DNA of 64,000 bases. Source: Squalus acanthias (taxonomy: Eukaryota). Shown piece by piece: positions 11,660-22,507 of this stretch. Position numbers and translations under genes: made by a program. The stretch covers positions 103,790,001-103,854,000 of the forward strand of contig CM059432.1 in the NCBI GenBank assembly GCA_030390025.1, written 5' to 3'. The notes beneath the pieces are model-generated. The model had not been told where the DNA came from. It was given only the letters and a program-made list of their open reading frames with translations, and ran no database searches. Each line of letters begins with the position of its first letter. Position 1 is the first letter of the stretch.

Positions 11660-13735
11660 TCTTTTTCAAGATGGCCCACCGGCTGGCAGGTCCTTAGAGA
11701 GCTCTTCACTGTGCACCACTATCCTTGACAATCCGCCGCCATCCTTTGTCCTTTCTCTCCCACTCTCCTCTGTTTAAGTTCTTCTGGCTCTATTAGTGTG
11801 TGCACTTTAGCCCTAACTGTAAGTTAAATGCTAGTTTAAACCGGCATTGCCCATCCCCCGACCATGCCTGCTCTCTGCTTTTCTCATTGAGCTCCTGGAT
11901 CTTTTCTCAAATTTGGCTTCCAAATTCCTGGACTTCTCTGGACATCAAGACTACGCTTCTGCACTGGACTACACTGGACTACACTATAAGACTCAGCCGC
12001 TGTGTCTCTGATCTGCTGCTCTGTTGCTTAAATTTTAAAATAACTTTGATCAGCTTATAGCCCATCCCCCACCGCTGCTGTTCACTGCTGAGCCTGTGAC
12101 TGGCCTACTGGTTCTACTGGTTCTACTGGTTTTTCAGCTTCAGCTACAGTCTGGTTCCTGGCTGGTGTTTTACTCTCCTGGGCCAAAGTAGATTTCTCCG
12201 CTGCTTCTATTTCTTATGGTGACCTCCAACTTCGCCATCATCTTTCTGCCCCGCAACCGATTCTGCCCATCTCCTGGTGCTTCATTCCCATGGAAATATC
12301 TCCATCCTCCAATACTCTACCCTTCAAATAGCTTCTGGATTTCACTCACCCGCTACACCTGTCTCCAAACTTGGACAATAGTTCGTCATTGTTCCAAGCT
12401 GACTCCACCCTACCTATGACTACTTTATCCCACCATGGGACCTCTGACTCCCTCCTATTATCTCCTATCTATTCCCTGTTACTACCAGGATATATAAATC
12501 CTAATAATTGCTACGTAACCAGGCCTAAGTAACTTGAGTTTTCCCTGTGTCCATTCGTGTGCGCATTTTGGCTGCCACTTCGGAGCTGAGCCCATCACTT
12601 CTATTTCCACTTTTTCTTCTCCCTTTTTTACTTCTTTTCTCTCTACCCCTCCTAGATTCCTCTCTCCTGTCACCATGCCTCCTTTCATTTCCCCCCTCTT
12701 GGGTACTCTGCCCTCCCAAATCCCCACCCCAACCCTTCAGTACTCCTTGACCTTGCTACTCTCCTGCCGCCGTCCCAGGCTTGACCCCCCTTTTAGATAA
12801 GCCTACAGCTTCTCTCTGTGCCTCTTGGCATCTTCTGATGGGCCCACCATGGCACTCGTTGCTGCCTCCTTACGAGAAGCAACTCCAACTGTCCCATCCT
12901 TCTCTCTCGCCAACCTTCCCGCCCAGCGCGCCCACTTGGGGCTAATCTTGCCAATCTCCTCCCTCTTCAACTCACCCCTCCCTGACCCTGTCCAGTGCTG
13001 ACTCTGTGCACTCTGCCAGCAGATCAGCTATCACCGCATCTCCCTCCAGAACATCCGTTCACTTGTGAACAAGACCCTTGCCATCATGAGCTTATTGTGG
13101 ATGATTGCATCGACATCATAGCATTGACAGAAACCTGGCTGAGGGATGATGACACCTTCCCCTGAAATGAAGCCTCCCCGCCTGGCTATACCTTCCACCA
13201 CTTGCCTCGTCCAGACCGCCGTGGTGGCGGTGTGGCTCTTATCACCAAATCACACCTTGGTCTGCCCCCTGCTCCTCTGGTACTTTCTCCACCTTTGAGC
13301 ATCTCACCTAGTTCCACCCCTCTCACCTCTCATTTAAAATCCTCATTCTCTACCGCCACCCAAGTACTATAAAAAAATTTTTAACAAGATATCTTTACTA
13401 CTTTCCTCCCTCAGCCTCTGCACTGAGTGACTTCTCGCCCTTGGTGATTTCAACCTCCATCTGAATTCATCATACTCTGTCTCCTCTGAGCTCACTGCCC
13501 TCCTATCCTCCCTTAATCTCCCCCTCTATGTAAATTCCTCAACCCATATTCACAACCATCTCCTTGACCTTGCCATCTCAAGTGGCCTTGCTACTCCCAT
13601 CGTGTAAATCTTTTAGTCATCTGCCCTTATGTGGCTCGATTTCAAATTTTGTTTGATAACGCTCCTGTGAAGTGCCTTGAGACATTTTACTATGTTAAAG
13701 GCGCTATATAAATACAGGTTGTTGTTGTTGTTGTT
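11660..13735 (+). mobile_element. L2 LINE, internally deleted (5' region, APE endonuclease remnant, 3' tail)
   Basis: QNIRSL..., ALTETWL, RRGGGVALI and GDFN remnants at ~13045-13580; tail GGCGCTATATAAATACA(GTT)n; no RT region. Confidence 0.85.
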
Positions 13736-13989
13736 AGCTATGGGTGGCAGGGTCTCACGAGCCATGGGGAACCCAGCAGCTAAAGGAATGCGAGGACTGC
13801 TGTATCCAGGAGGTAAGTGCCGTTCCACTTACCTGCTGGATCCAGCATTCCTGCCTCGCCAAACCCCTGCGATTGGAAACCCCGATCCTTCCCACCTCCC
13901 CCGATCTCCCCCCCCCCCACCCCCCCGAGACCTCCAATCGCCCCCCAGGCCTCCGATCGCTCCCCACCGGACCGATCTCTGATCCTCCA

Positions 13990-14525
13990 TCCGGCCTTAC
14001 AACCCCCCCCCCCCACCCCAATGATCCTGGCCCCGACCCCCTCCGACGATCCTGGCCCCCAACCCCCTCCGACGATCCTGGCCCCCTCCCCCCTCCGACG
14101 ATCCTGACCCCCGACCCCCTCCGACGATCCTGACCCCCGACCCCCTCCGACGATCCTGACCCCCGACCCCCTCCGACGATCCTGACCCCCGACCCCCTCC
14201 GACGATCCTGACCCCCGACCCCCTCCGACGATTCCTGGCCCCTCCCCCCTCCGATGATCCCTGATCCCGACCCCCTCCGACGATCCAGATCCCTGACCCC
14301 CTCCGACGATCCCTGACCCCCGACCCCCTCCGACGATCCCTGGCTCCTCCCCCCCCCGACGATCCCTAGCCCCTCCCCCCGACGATCCCTGGCCCCTCCC
14401 CCCGACGATCCCTGGCCCCGATCCCCTCCGATAATCCTGACCCCTGACCCCCTCTGACAATCCCTGGCCCCTCCCCCCTCCGACGATCCCTGGCCCCAAC
14501 CCCCTCCGACGATCCTGACCCCCGT
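13990..14525. repeat. Minisatellite, ~25 bp unit CCCCGACCCCCTCCGACGATCCTGA
   Basis: Direct tandem repetition. Confidence 0.95.
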
Positions 14526-15861
14526 TCTCCTGGGTTTCCCGTCCGGATTTCAGCACTCCCCACCCCCCGCTCCCTACCCGCCTCCAAGATATAATTCGGC
14601 CTTTATGTCAATAGCGCCTCACAAGCAGCCATGTGATGGTTTGTCAGTTAATTTCTTTTTACTGGTATTGGTTGAGGGAGGAATGTTGGCCTGGATGTCG
14701 GGAGAACACTCTGCTGCTCTTCAAATAGTGCCGTAAGATCTTTAAAGTTCATGCGAGCAGGAATTCAGGATCTTGGTTAAACATCTCATCTGCAGTATTG
14801 AAACCCTGAAAGCCTTTAATTACTTCTTTGTTAATGTTAATTCTCCTTTACTAATGTTGCTCCTTCACTCTGGTGGAGAATTGTCCAGTGTCCAAAAATG
14901 GAAGCCACAGAGCAGACAATCAGTCGCCCCCTGCTGTAAAATGCCTGCCTGCTGATGTCGGGTGAGGACAGGATGCTCCATACATTCAAATAGCCTGTCA
15001 ACACTCAGAACCTTGACTCACCCCAAAGAATGACCACTTGATCACAGTCAGCATCCTAAGGAGAGGAGGGAGAGGGAAAAAACGTCAGTAAATTTTCAAT
15101 TGTTGTTACAAAATTAATATTTTTAAGACAAACAGGTAGATGCTAATGAAGCCAGTCTGTTAAAATGTTCTCTTCCTCATCAGTAGTAAAGATATTCATG
15201 TTTTCCCAGCAGAGGTCAATTTGAGGAAAGCACTGTTTGTCTAATTACACTGCTGACCTCTGCCCTTCACCCCTGAGTTCCTGCCAATTACAGAGGTAGA
15301 ACCCTAGAGGGAGAGGAGGGAGGCCAGGTCAGCACCAGGAGTATACAAATCATCTGTTCCTGAAATTGATCACTGCTGCAAATACTTGAATACCTTCATA
15401 ATGGATGTGCTAGTGAGACATTTGTTTTAACAGGTTGGCTTCAGAAAAAGAAATCATAACAACCGTATGCAATGCAGCTTTTAATGTAGAATATTCCTAA
15501 CTGGCATATGGTTCAAAACACTCTTCAACTTTGTGACTTTGTCATTATATCGTAAAATATTCCTATTGAATGAATGAAATTTTAAATCCAACAAAGTATT
15601 ATACTCAAAAAGATACTACAACATGTGTGGTAGACAGACTGCCAGTCTCCCTCTCTCTCCCAAGCACCAATCCAGAGACCCCCACCCTGGGAGCATTAGT
15701 TTCTGAGCCAGAGGGGAGTGCAGAAAGTGATGCGGGGAGTACAAGTGGGCAGGGGAAAACCAAGGACAGAAGATAGAAACATAGAAACATAGAAAATAGG
15801 TACAGGAGTAGACCATTCGGTCCTTCGAGCCTGCACCGCCATTCAATGCGTTCATGGCTGA

Positions 15862-15996
15862 AGATGATAATGATGCGGAGATGCCGGTGTTGGACTGGGG
15901 TGGACAAAAGTGAGAAGTCGCACATCACCAGGTTATAGTCCAACAGTTTTATTTGAAATCACAAGCTTTCGGAGCGGCTGCTCCTTCGTCAGGTGA
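15862..15996 (-). mobile_element. Penelope-like pLTR fragment with hammerhead motif (15959-15996)
   Basis: Reverse complement reads TCAC-CTGACGA-A-GGAGC-agcc-GCTCC-GAAAGCTT-GTGA, then TTTCAAATAAAACTGTTGGACTATAACCTGG. Confidence 0.8.
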
Positions 15997-16989
15997 TAAG
16001 GCAGACAGGATTAGTTGAAGGGTCAGGAGACATCCGCTCTTGGCTATGGGGCCTCGGAACCCAGATCTCAGGGATTCATTTTTTAAAAGAAGGATGCTAG
16101 CTGAGCATCGAACATATGTGTACGCCAAAATGGAGTCTTGCAATGTGCAGCAGGTGACAGGTGAATTGGAGGAGACGGCACCACCATCATGGATGTGTGG
16201 GCAGCACTGGGTCAGAGCGATGTAGGAGCGCCTGGGTCTGTATATTCTGGAGGAAGGTTACCAGCAGGTTGGTCTCGAAATACGTGGCCAACATGGGCTT
16301 CATCCTCCTCATCGTTCTTCTTCCTTCAAATAACATAGATAGATTCCCAAAGGGAAACCTATCTGCTGAATGGATTAGGGGTCAAAAACAGAAGCCACAG
16401 AGCAGGAAGTCGAAAGGAAAATTTTGAAGCAGTAGCAGGTAGGGGTCAGGCATAGCAGAGCTTGATGCTGATCTCTACTTTACTCCAACAACATGTTTAT
16501 GCCCAACCACAAAAGAGTACACCAACTGAACGATGTGACATTATTTCCCATTCCAGCCATCCTGTGGCTTCTCTGAAGGTAGTTTATAGCCAGAGATGTA
16601 TCTCAATTAGCACTGAATTAGGGTTAGTTTTGTGATGTAGGCAAAGTCCGCTAGAAACTAGATTAAGATTGTAAAAACTCGTTTCACATGGGACCTTTAC
16701 AGTCAGCAGACAGAGGAGACTCCTAATTCATCAATATGGGCTCGATTTGAACCCATGTTCCGGAATTGGAAGGTCAATGCTTACCCATTGCACCATCCCA
16801 GGCTTCTTTCAAAATACCTCCACCCATGAACTTGAGTCAGGTTATCACTTCCTGGGAACAGTAAGCCTGTTAGGAACATTTTATCCACACTTGGCACAGA
16901 AAACTATTTTTTTCAGGGATCTTCGGAATAAAATCAAAGTATGAAGATGGACCAAAAGAAGTATTTCTGAGAGATATAGGAAAGACTGA

Positions 16990-17658
16990 GGGGAAAAATT
17001 GAGTTGTTTTGCGCCACCCATTAGCGCCCCCGGGGGCGCAAAGCCCCTAGCACCCGGGCGCAGCACCGCTAACGCCTCCCGCGAAATTCAGTGAGAGGTT
17101 AGCGACGGCGGTAGCCAGTAGCACCCCTGGGCGCTGCGCCCAGCAATGACATAATCGCGCTCCGGCCGCAAACTTCAGCTGCGCCCCCTGACCTATCGCC
17201 AGACTGTATGTCCGACAGGGTCAGGGTGGTGTTTTTGCAGCCGTGGCAGCGATATTTAAAGCGGCAGGTGTCGGGCGGCCATTTTTTTTCTTTTTCTTTC
17301 GGGGAGCCGGCTGCGATCGCTCAGCCCGGCACTCCTCTTGAATGCCGGGCTGCTTTCCCGGCACTTCACTCCCCGGTGGTCCAGCAGGGCCTGGGTGTGT
17401 GCAGCGCTAGGCCCCTCCCCTTAAATCAGGGGAGGGAGGCCTGCAATACCGCGGCGCTATGTGCCGACGTGCGTGGCGCTGTTGCACGTAGCACCGCGAT
17501 ATTCAATGGTAGCGCCCCAGGAAGGAGGGGGAGCGCTTCCAGTAGCGCCCTACCTCCTGCTTGGGGCGCTACCACTGAATTTACAGCACGGGGCGCTAAC
17601 TTTTTAGTGCCCCGGCGAAGTTAGCGCCCCAAAGGGGGCGCCACCAAATTTTTCACCC
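16990..17658. mobile_element. Harbinger-type MITE (GCGC-rich family)
   Basis: GGGGAAAAATT ... AATTTTTCACCC with TGA/TAA flanks; inverse homologue of 45119-45858. Confidence 0.8.
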
Positions 17659-18043
17659 TAAGTGCTTTACCCTGAGAGACCAACATGTTTCTGTTCCATT
17701 CTCAAAAGAATAATCAGCCATCCTCCTACAGAAGTAATAACAATGACAATGGGATATGATCAATGAGTACCACAGAAGGAAGATACACATGAGTAGAGGT
17801 CAAAGCTTTGAGCATATGAGAAATTTCATGAGTGTTTAATGGAAAATCATCCAATGTTAAGGCAAGCTATTAATACTATTAAGACAACCTAGTCATATTT
17901 CAAATGGACAATAAAGTATTGATCAATTGCTTCCAAGAATACAAAAGTTTTGCCTACATCTTATAAGATGCCTGTACACAATTTCTTAGATGCCAGGGAA
18001 AAACCGGATATCAGCAGATACCATGTCATAAACTCCAATATCG

Positions 18044-18305
18044 ACAACAACAACAACTTGTATTTATATAGCACCTTTAATGTAGTAAAACGTCCCAAGG
18101 CACTTCACAGGAGTGTTATAAGACAAAAAATTTGACAACGAGCCACATAAGGAGAAATTAGGGCAGGCAACAAAAACTTGGTCAAAGAGGTAGGTTTTAA
18201 GGAGCGCTTTAAAGTAGGAAAGAGAGGTAGAGGCAGAGAGGTTTAGGCAGGGAATTCCAGAGCTTAGGGCCTAGGCAACAGAAGGTACGGCCACCAATAG
18301 TTGAG
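18044..18305 (-). mobile_element. L2 LINE 3' fragment
   Basis: (CAA)n followed by TTGTATTTATATAGCACCTTT, the reverse complement of the 13700 tail. Confidence 0.8.
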
Positions 18306-18941
18306 GTTGTAACTAGCAGAATAGATAAGGGGGAACCAGTGGATGTGGTGTATTTAGATTTTCAGAAGGCATTCGATAAGGTGCCACACAAGAGGTTATT
18401 AAACAAAATTAGGGCTCCTGGGATTGGGGGTAATATATTAGCATGGATTGAGGATTGGTTAACGGACAGAAAACAGAGTAGGAATAAACGGGTCATTTTC
18501 AGGTTGGCAGGCTGTAACTAGTGGGGTACCGCAAGGATCAGTGCTTGGGCCTCAGCTATTCACAGTTTACATCAATGATTTGGATGAGAGGACCAAATGT
18601 AATGGGGGGAAAATTGGGTTGCGCCTATTTGGGGCGTTAACTTCGCCGAAGCGCTACTTTTAGCTCCCGCGCCTGAAATTCACTGGTAGCACCCCAAGAG
18701 GGAGGCGGGGCGCTACTGGAATCTTTGGAATTCTCTACCCCAGAGGGCTGTGGAGGCTCAGTCGTTGAGTATATCCAAGCCAGAGATCGATACATTTTTG
18801 GATATGAAGGGAAGCAAGGGATATGGGGATAGTGCAGGAAAGTGGAGATGAGGTAGAAGATCAGCCATGATCTTATTGAATGGAGAGCAGGCTCGAGGGG
18901 CCGAATGGCCTACTCCTGCTCCTTTTTCTTATGTTCTTATG
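18306..18941 (+). mobile_element. CR1 LINE fragment with a truncated Harbinger MITE end (~18604-18716) at an internal deletion
   Basis: DVVYLDFQKAFDKVPH RT motif; (TTCTTATG)n tail. Confidence 0.85.
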
Positions 18942-19045
18942 TAAAACTGGTGCTGTAAATCAGCCGCCCACTGTAGAATCCACCCAATTACATTTTCATT
19001 GATTTTAATGGAAATGATAATCGAGCAGAAAATCTACCTCTACTT

Positions 19046-19131
19046 GTCATAGAGTCATATAGTCATAGAGTCACAGAGTCACAGAGTCACAGAGTCATAG
19101 AGTCACAGAGTCACAGAGTCACAGAGTCATA
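19046..19131 (-). repeat. (ATAGAGTC/ACAGAGTC)n 8-bp microsatellite, the 3' tail of a minus-strand CR1 that resumes at 24004-24074
   Basis: Tandem octamers; the repeat continues between the inserted elements and runs into ACAGAAGGAGGCCATTCAGCCCA. Confidence 0.85.
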
Positions 19132-20027
19132 GGGGTAGAAATTAGGTCGCGCCCCATTTGGGGCGCAAATATCGTCTGGACGCAAATATTAGCGCCTGGC
19201 GCTAATTATCGGCACTGACTGGAAACTTCACTTTTACCGCCCCGGGAGGTGAGTGGAGCGCTAAAGCAGGCGCTGCACACCTGTCTTAAGGCGCAAAGGC
19301 CGAGCAGTGAGGCGCTAACTCAGAGCGCTGGCGAAGCTCATGTAATGTCAGTCAGCAATGGAACACACACACAATGGCACGGGCCAGTTCTTAAAGGGGA
19401 TGGTTAATCTTGCTTTCCATCCACATCCTGTTCATTGCAGCCTTGAATCTCGGCCTGGAGAGACTTGCACATCAAATGTGCTGGAAAGAACAATGGAGAG
19501 TACCAGGCAAAGAGCTCAGAGTGCAGCTCCCACAGTCTCTGCTAAATCGATACAAGGAATGGCAAATCAAAATGAACCTGCAAAGTGCTGCTCAGTACCC
19601 AAAACTCCTTCACACAACGTTGAATCTCTCCAGAAGTCTCTCCCTCTCTCTCTCAGAATGCGTAGTTCAAAAATGCCACCAACAATAAAAGACAGGAAGA
19701 GGCCCCCTTTAAATAGCGCCCCCCCCCCCAGCCCCACAGCGATTGATAGCGTTCCAGTCTTCTGGTCGTTGGAAGCGCCAGGCGGTAAGGCAGGGGGCGC
19801 CACTCAATTTCCGCTCCGGGGCGCCACAAGGGCGTTGCACCATGGAATGACGTCACAATCTGCGCGCGCAGGTGGTCGCAGCGGTAAGTTTTAGCGCCGC
19901 CGCACAATGTCAAGTTAAGTTCCCGAGCGGCGCAAACATCGCTGCGCCCGGGCGTTAGCGGCTTTGCGCCCCATTAGCGCCCTCTTAAGGCGCTAACGGG
20001 AGGCGCAACCAACTGAATTTTTACCCC
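19132..20027 (+). mobile_element. Harbinger-type non-autonomous element, copy F1 (896 bp)
   Basis: GGGGTAGAAATT ... AATTTTTACCCC, TSD ATA/ATA. Confidence 0.9.
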
Positions 20028-20038
20028 ATAGAGTCATA

Positions 20039-20931
20039 GGGGGAAAAATTCAGTTGGTCGCGCCTCCCCTTAGCGCCTTAAGAGGGCGCTAATGGGGCGC
20101 AAAGCATCTAGCGCCCAGGCGCGGCGAAGTTTGTGGCGCTCGCGAAATTAACTAGACATTTTGCGGCGGCGCTAAACACTACCGCCACGATCTCCTGCGC
20201 CGGCAGATCATGACATCACTCGAGTGCGCAATGCCCCGGTATCGCCCCGGAGCGGATATTGAGTGGCGCCCCCTGCCTTACCGCCTGACGCTAGCAACGA
20301 CAGGTTGAGGGGAGCGTTCTGCAGTCATGAAGGGAAAGGGGGAGCGCTATTTAAAGGTGACCGCTTCCTGCCTTTTATTGTTGGTGCCATTTTTGAACTA
20401 CGCATTCTGAGAGAGAGAGAGAGAGACTTCTGGAGAGATTCAACGTTGTGTGAAGGAGTTTTGGGTACTGAGCAGCACTTTGCAGGTTCATTTTGATTTG
20501 CCATTTCTTGTATCGATTTAGCAGAGACTGTGGGGGCTGCACTCTGAGCTCTTGGCCTGGTACTCTCCATTGTTCTTTCCAGCAGATTTGATGTGCAGGT
20601 CTCTCCAGGCCGAGATTCAAGGCTGCAATGAGCAGGATGTGGATGGAAAGCAAGATTAACCATCCCCTTTAAGAACTGGCCCGTGCCATTGTGTGTGTGT
20701 TCCATTGCTGACTGACATTACATGAGCTTCGCCAGCGCTCTGAGGTAGCGCCTCGCTCCTCGGCATTTGCGCCTTAAGACAGGTGTGAAGCGCCTGATAT
20801 AGCGCTGCAATCACCTCCAGGGGCGATAAAAGTCAAGTTTGCAGTCGGTGGCGATAATTAGCGCCAGGCGCTAATCTTTGCGCCCAGCCGATAATTGCGC
20901 CCCAAATGGGGCGATACTGAATTTCTCCCCC
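20039..20931 (-). mobile_element. Harbinger-type non-autonomous element, copy F2 (inverted)
   Basis: Close reverse complement of F1 and F3; GGGGGAAAAATT ... AATTTCTCCCCC. Confidence 0.9.
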
Positions 20932-20941
20932 ATGACTCTAT

Positions 20942-21834
20942 GGGGGAAAAATTCAGTCGCGCCCCGTTTGGGGCGCAAATATCGGCCGGGCGCAAAGATT
21001 AGCGCCTTGCGCTAATTATCGCCACCGACTGCAAACTTCACTTTTATCACCCCTGGAGGTGATTGCAGCGCTAAATCAGGCGCTTCACACCTGTCTTAAG
21101 GCGCAAAGGTCGAGGAGCGAGGCGCTACCTCAGAGCGCTGGCGAAGCTCCTGTAATGTCAGTCAGCAATGGAACACACACACAATGGCACGGGCCTGTTC
21201 TTAAAGGGGATGGTTAATCTTGCTTTCCATCCACATCCTGCTCATTGCAGCCTTGAATCTCGGCCTGGAGAGACCTGCACATCAAATCTGCTGGAAAGAA
21301 CAATGGAGAGTACCAGGCCAAGAGCTCAGAGTGCAGCCCCCACAGTCTCTGCTAAATCGATACAAGGAATGGCAAATCAAAATGAACCTGCAAAGTGCTG
21401 CTCAGTACCCAAAACTCCTTCACACAACGTTGAATCTCTCCAGAAGTCTCTCCCTCTCTCTCTCAGAATGCTTAGTTCAAAAATGGCACCAACAATAAAA
21501 GGCAGGAAGCGGTCACCTTTAAATAGCACTCCCCCTTTCCCTTCATGACTGCAGAACGCTCCCCTCAACCTGTCGTTGCTAGCGTCAGGTGGTAAGGCAG
21601 GGGGCGCCACTCAATATCCACTCCGGGGCGATACCGGGGCGTTGCGCACTCGAGTGACGTCATGATCTGCCGGCGCAGGAGATCGCGGCGATAAAGTTTA
21701 GCGCCGCCGCAAAATGTCTAGTTAAGTTCGCGAGCGGTGCAAACATCGCTGCGCCCGGGCGCTAGCTGCTTTGCACCCCATTAGCACCCTCTTAAGGCGC
21801 TAACGAGAGGCGCAACCAACTGAATTTTTCCCCC
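20942..21834 (+). mobile_element. Harbinger-type non-autonomous element, copy F3
   Basis: GGGGGAAAAATT ... AATTTTTCCCCC; colinear with F1. Confidence 0.9.
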
Positions 21835-22496
21835 AGGAAGTGTTCACCTTTAAATAGCGCTCCCCCTTTCCCTTCATGACTGCAGAACGCTCCCCTCAAC
21901 CTGTCGTTGCTAGCGTCAGGCGGTAAGGCAGGGGGCGCCACTCAATATCCGCTCCGGGGCGATACCGGGGCGTTGCGCACTCGAGTGACGTCATGATCTG
22001 CCGGCGCAGGAGATCGCGGCGATAAAGTTTAGCGCCGCAGCAAAATGTCTAGTTAAGTTCGCGAGCGGCGCAAACATCGCTGCGCCCGGGCGCTAGCTGC
22101 TTTGCGCCCCATTAGCGCCCTCTTAAGGCGCTAACGGGAGGCGCAACCAACTGAATTTTTCCCCCAGGAAGTGTTCACCTTTAAATAGCGCTCCCCCTTT
22201 CCCTTCATGACTGCAGAACGCTCCCCTCAACCTGTCGTTGCTAGCGTCAGGTGGTAAGGCAGGGGGCGCCACTCAATATCCGCTCCGGGGCGATACCGGG
22301 GCGTTGCGCACTCGAGTGACGTCATGATCTGCCGGCGCAGGAGATCGCGGCGGTAGTGTTTAGCGCCGCCGCAAAATGTCTAGTTAATTTCGTGAGCGGC
22401 GCAAACTTCGCCGCGCCTGGGCGCTAGATGCTTTGCGCCCCATTAGCGCCCTCTTAAGGCGCGAACGGGAGGCGCAACCAACTGAATTTTTCCCCC
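21504..22496 (+). repeat. Three tandem 331-bp copies of the right end of family F
   Basis: Units 21504-21834, 21835-22165 and 22166-22496 each start AGGAAG and end at the TIR. Confidence 0.92.
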
Positions 22497-22507
22497 ATAG
22501 AGTCATA

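Larger units (their letters stand above)
11442..14601. mobile_element. Non-autonomous Harbinger-like element (family of 2329-3792) interrupted by an L2
   Basis: GGGGGGAATTT start and AATTCGGCC end; first ~220 bp and 13736-13860 are homologous to the 2329 copy. Confidence 0.7.

Noticed and set aside
19358..21548. Three near-identical MEHTHNGTG... ORFs resembling a gene family
   Set aside because: They lie inside copies of one non-autonomous element, differ in length and show no recognisable domain.
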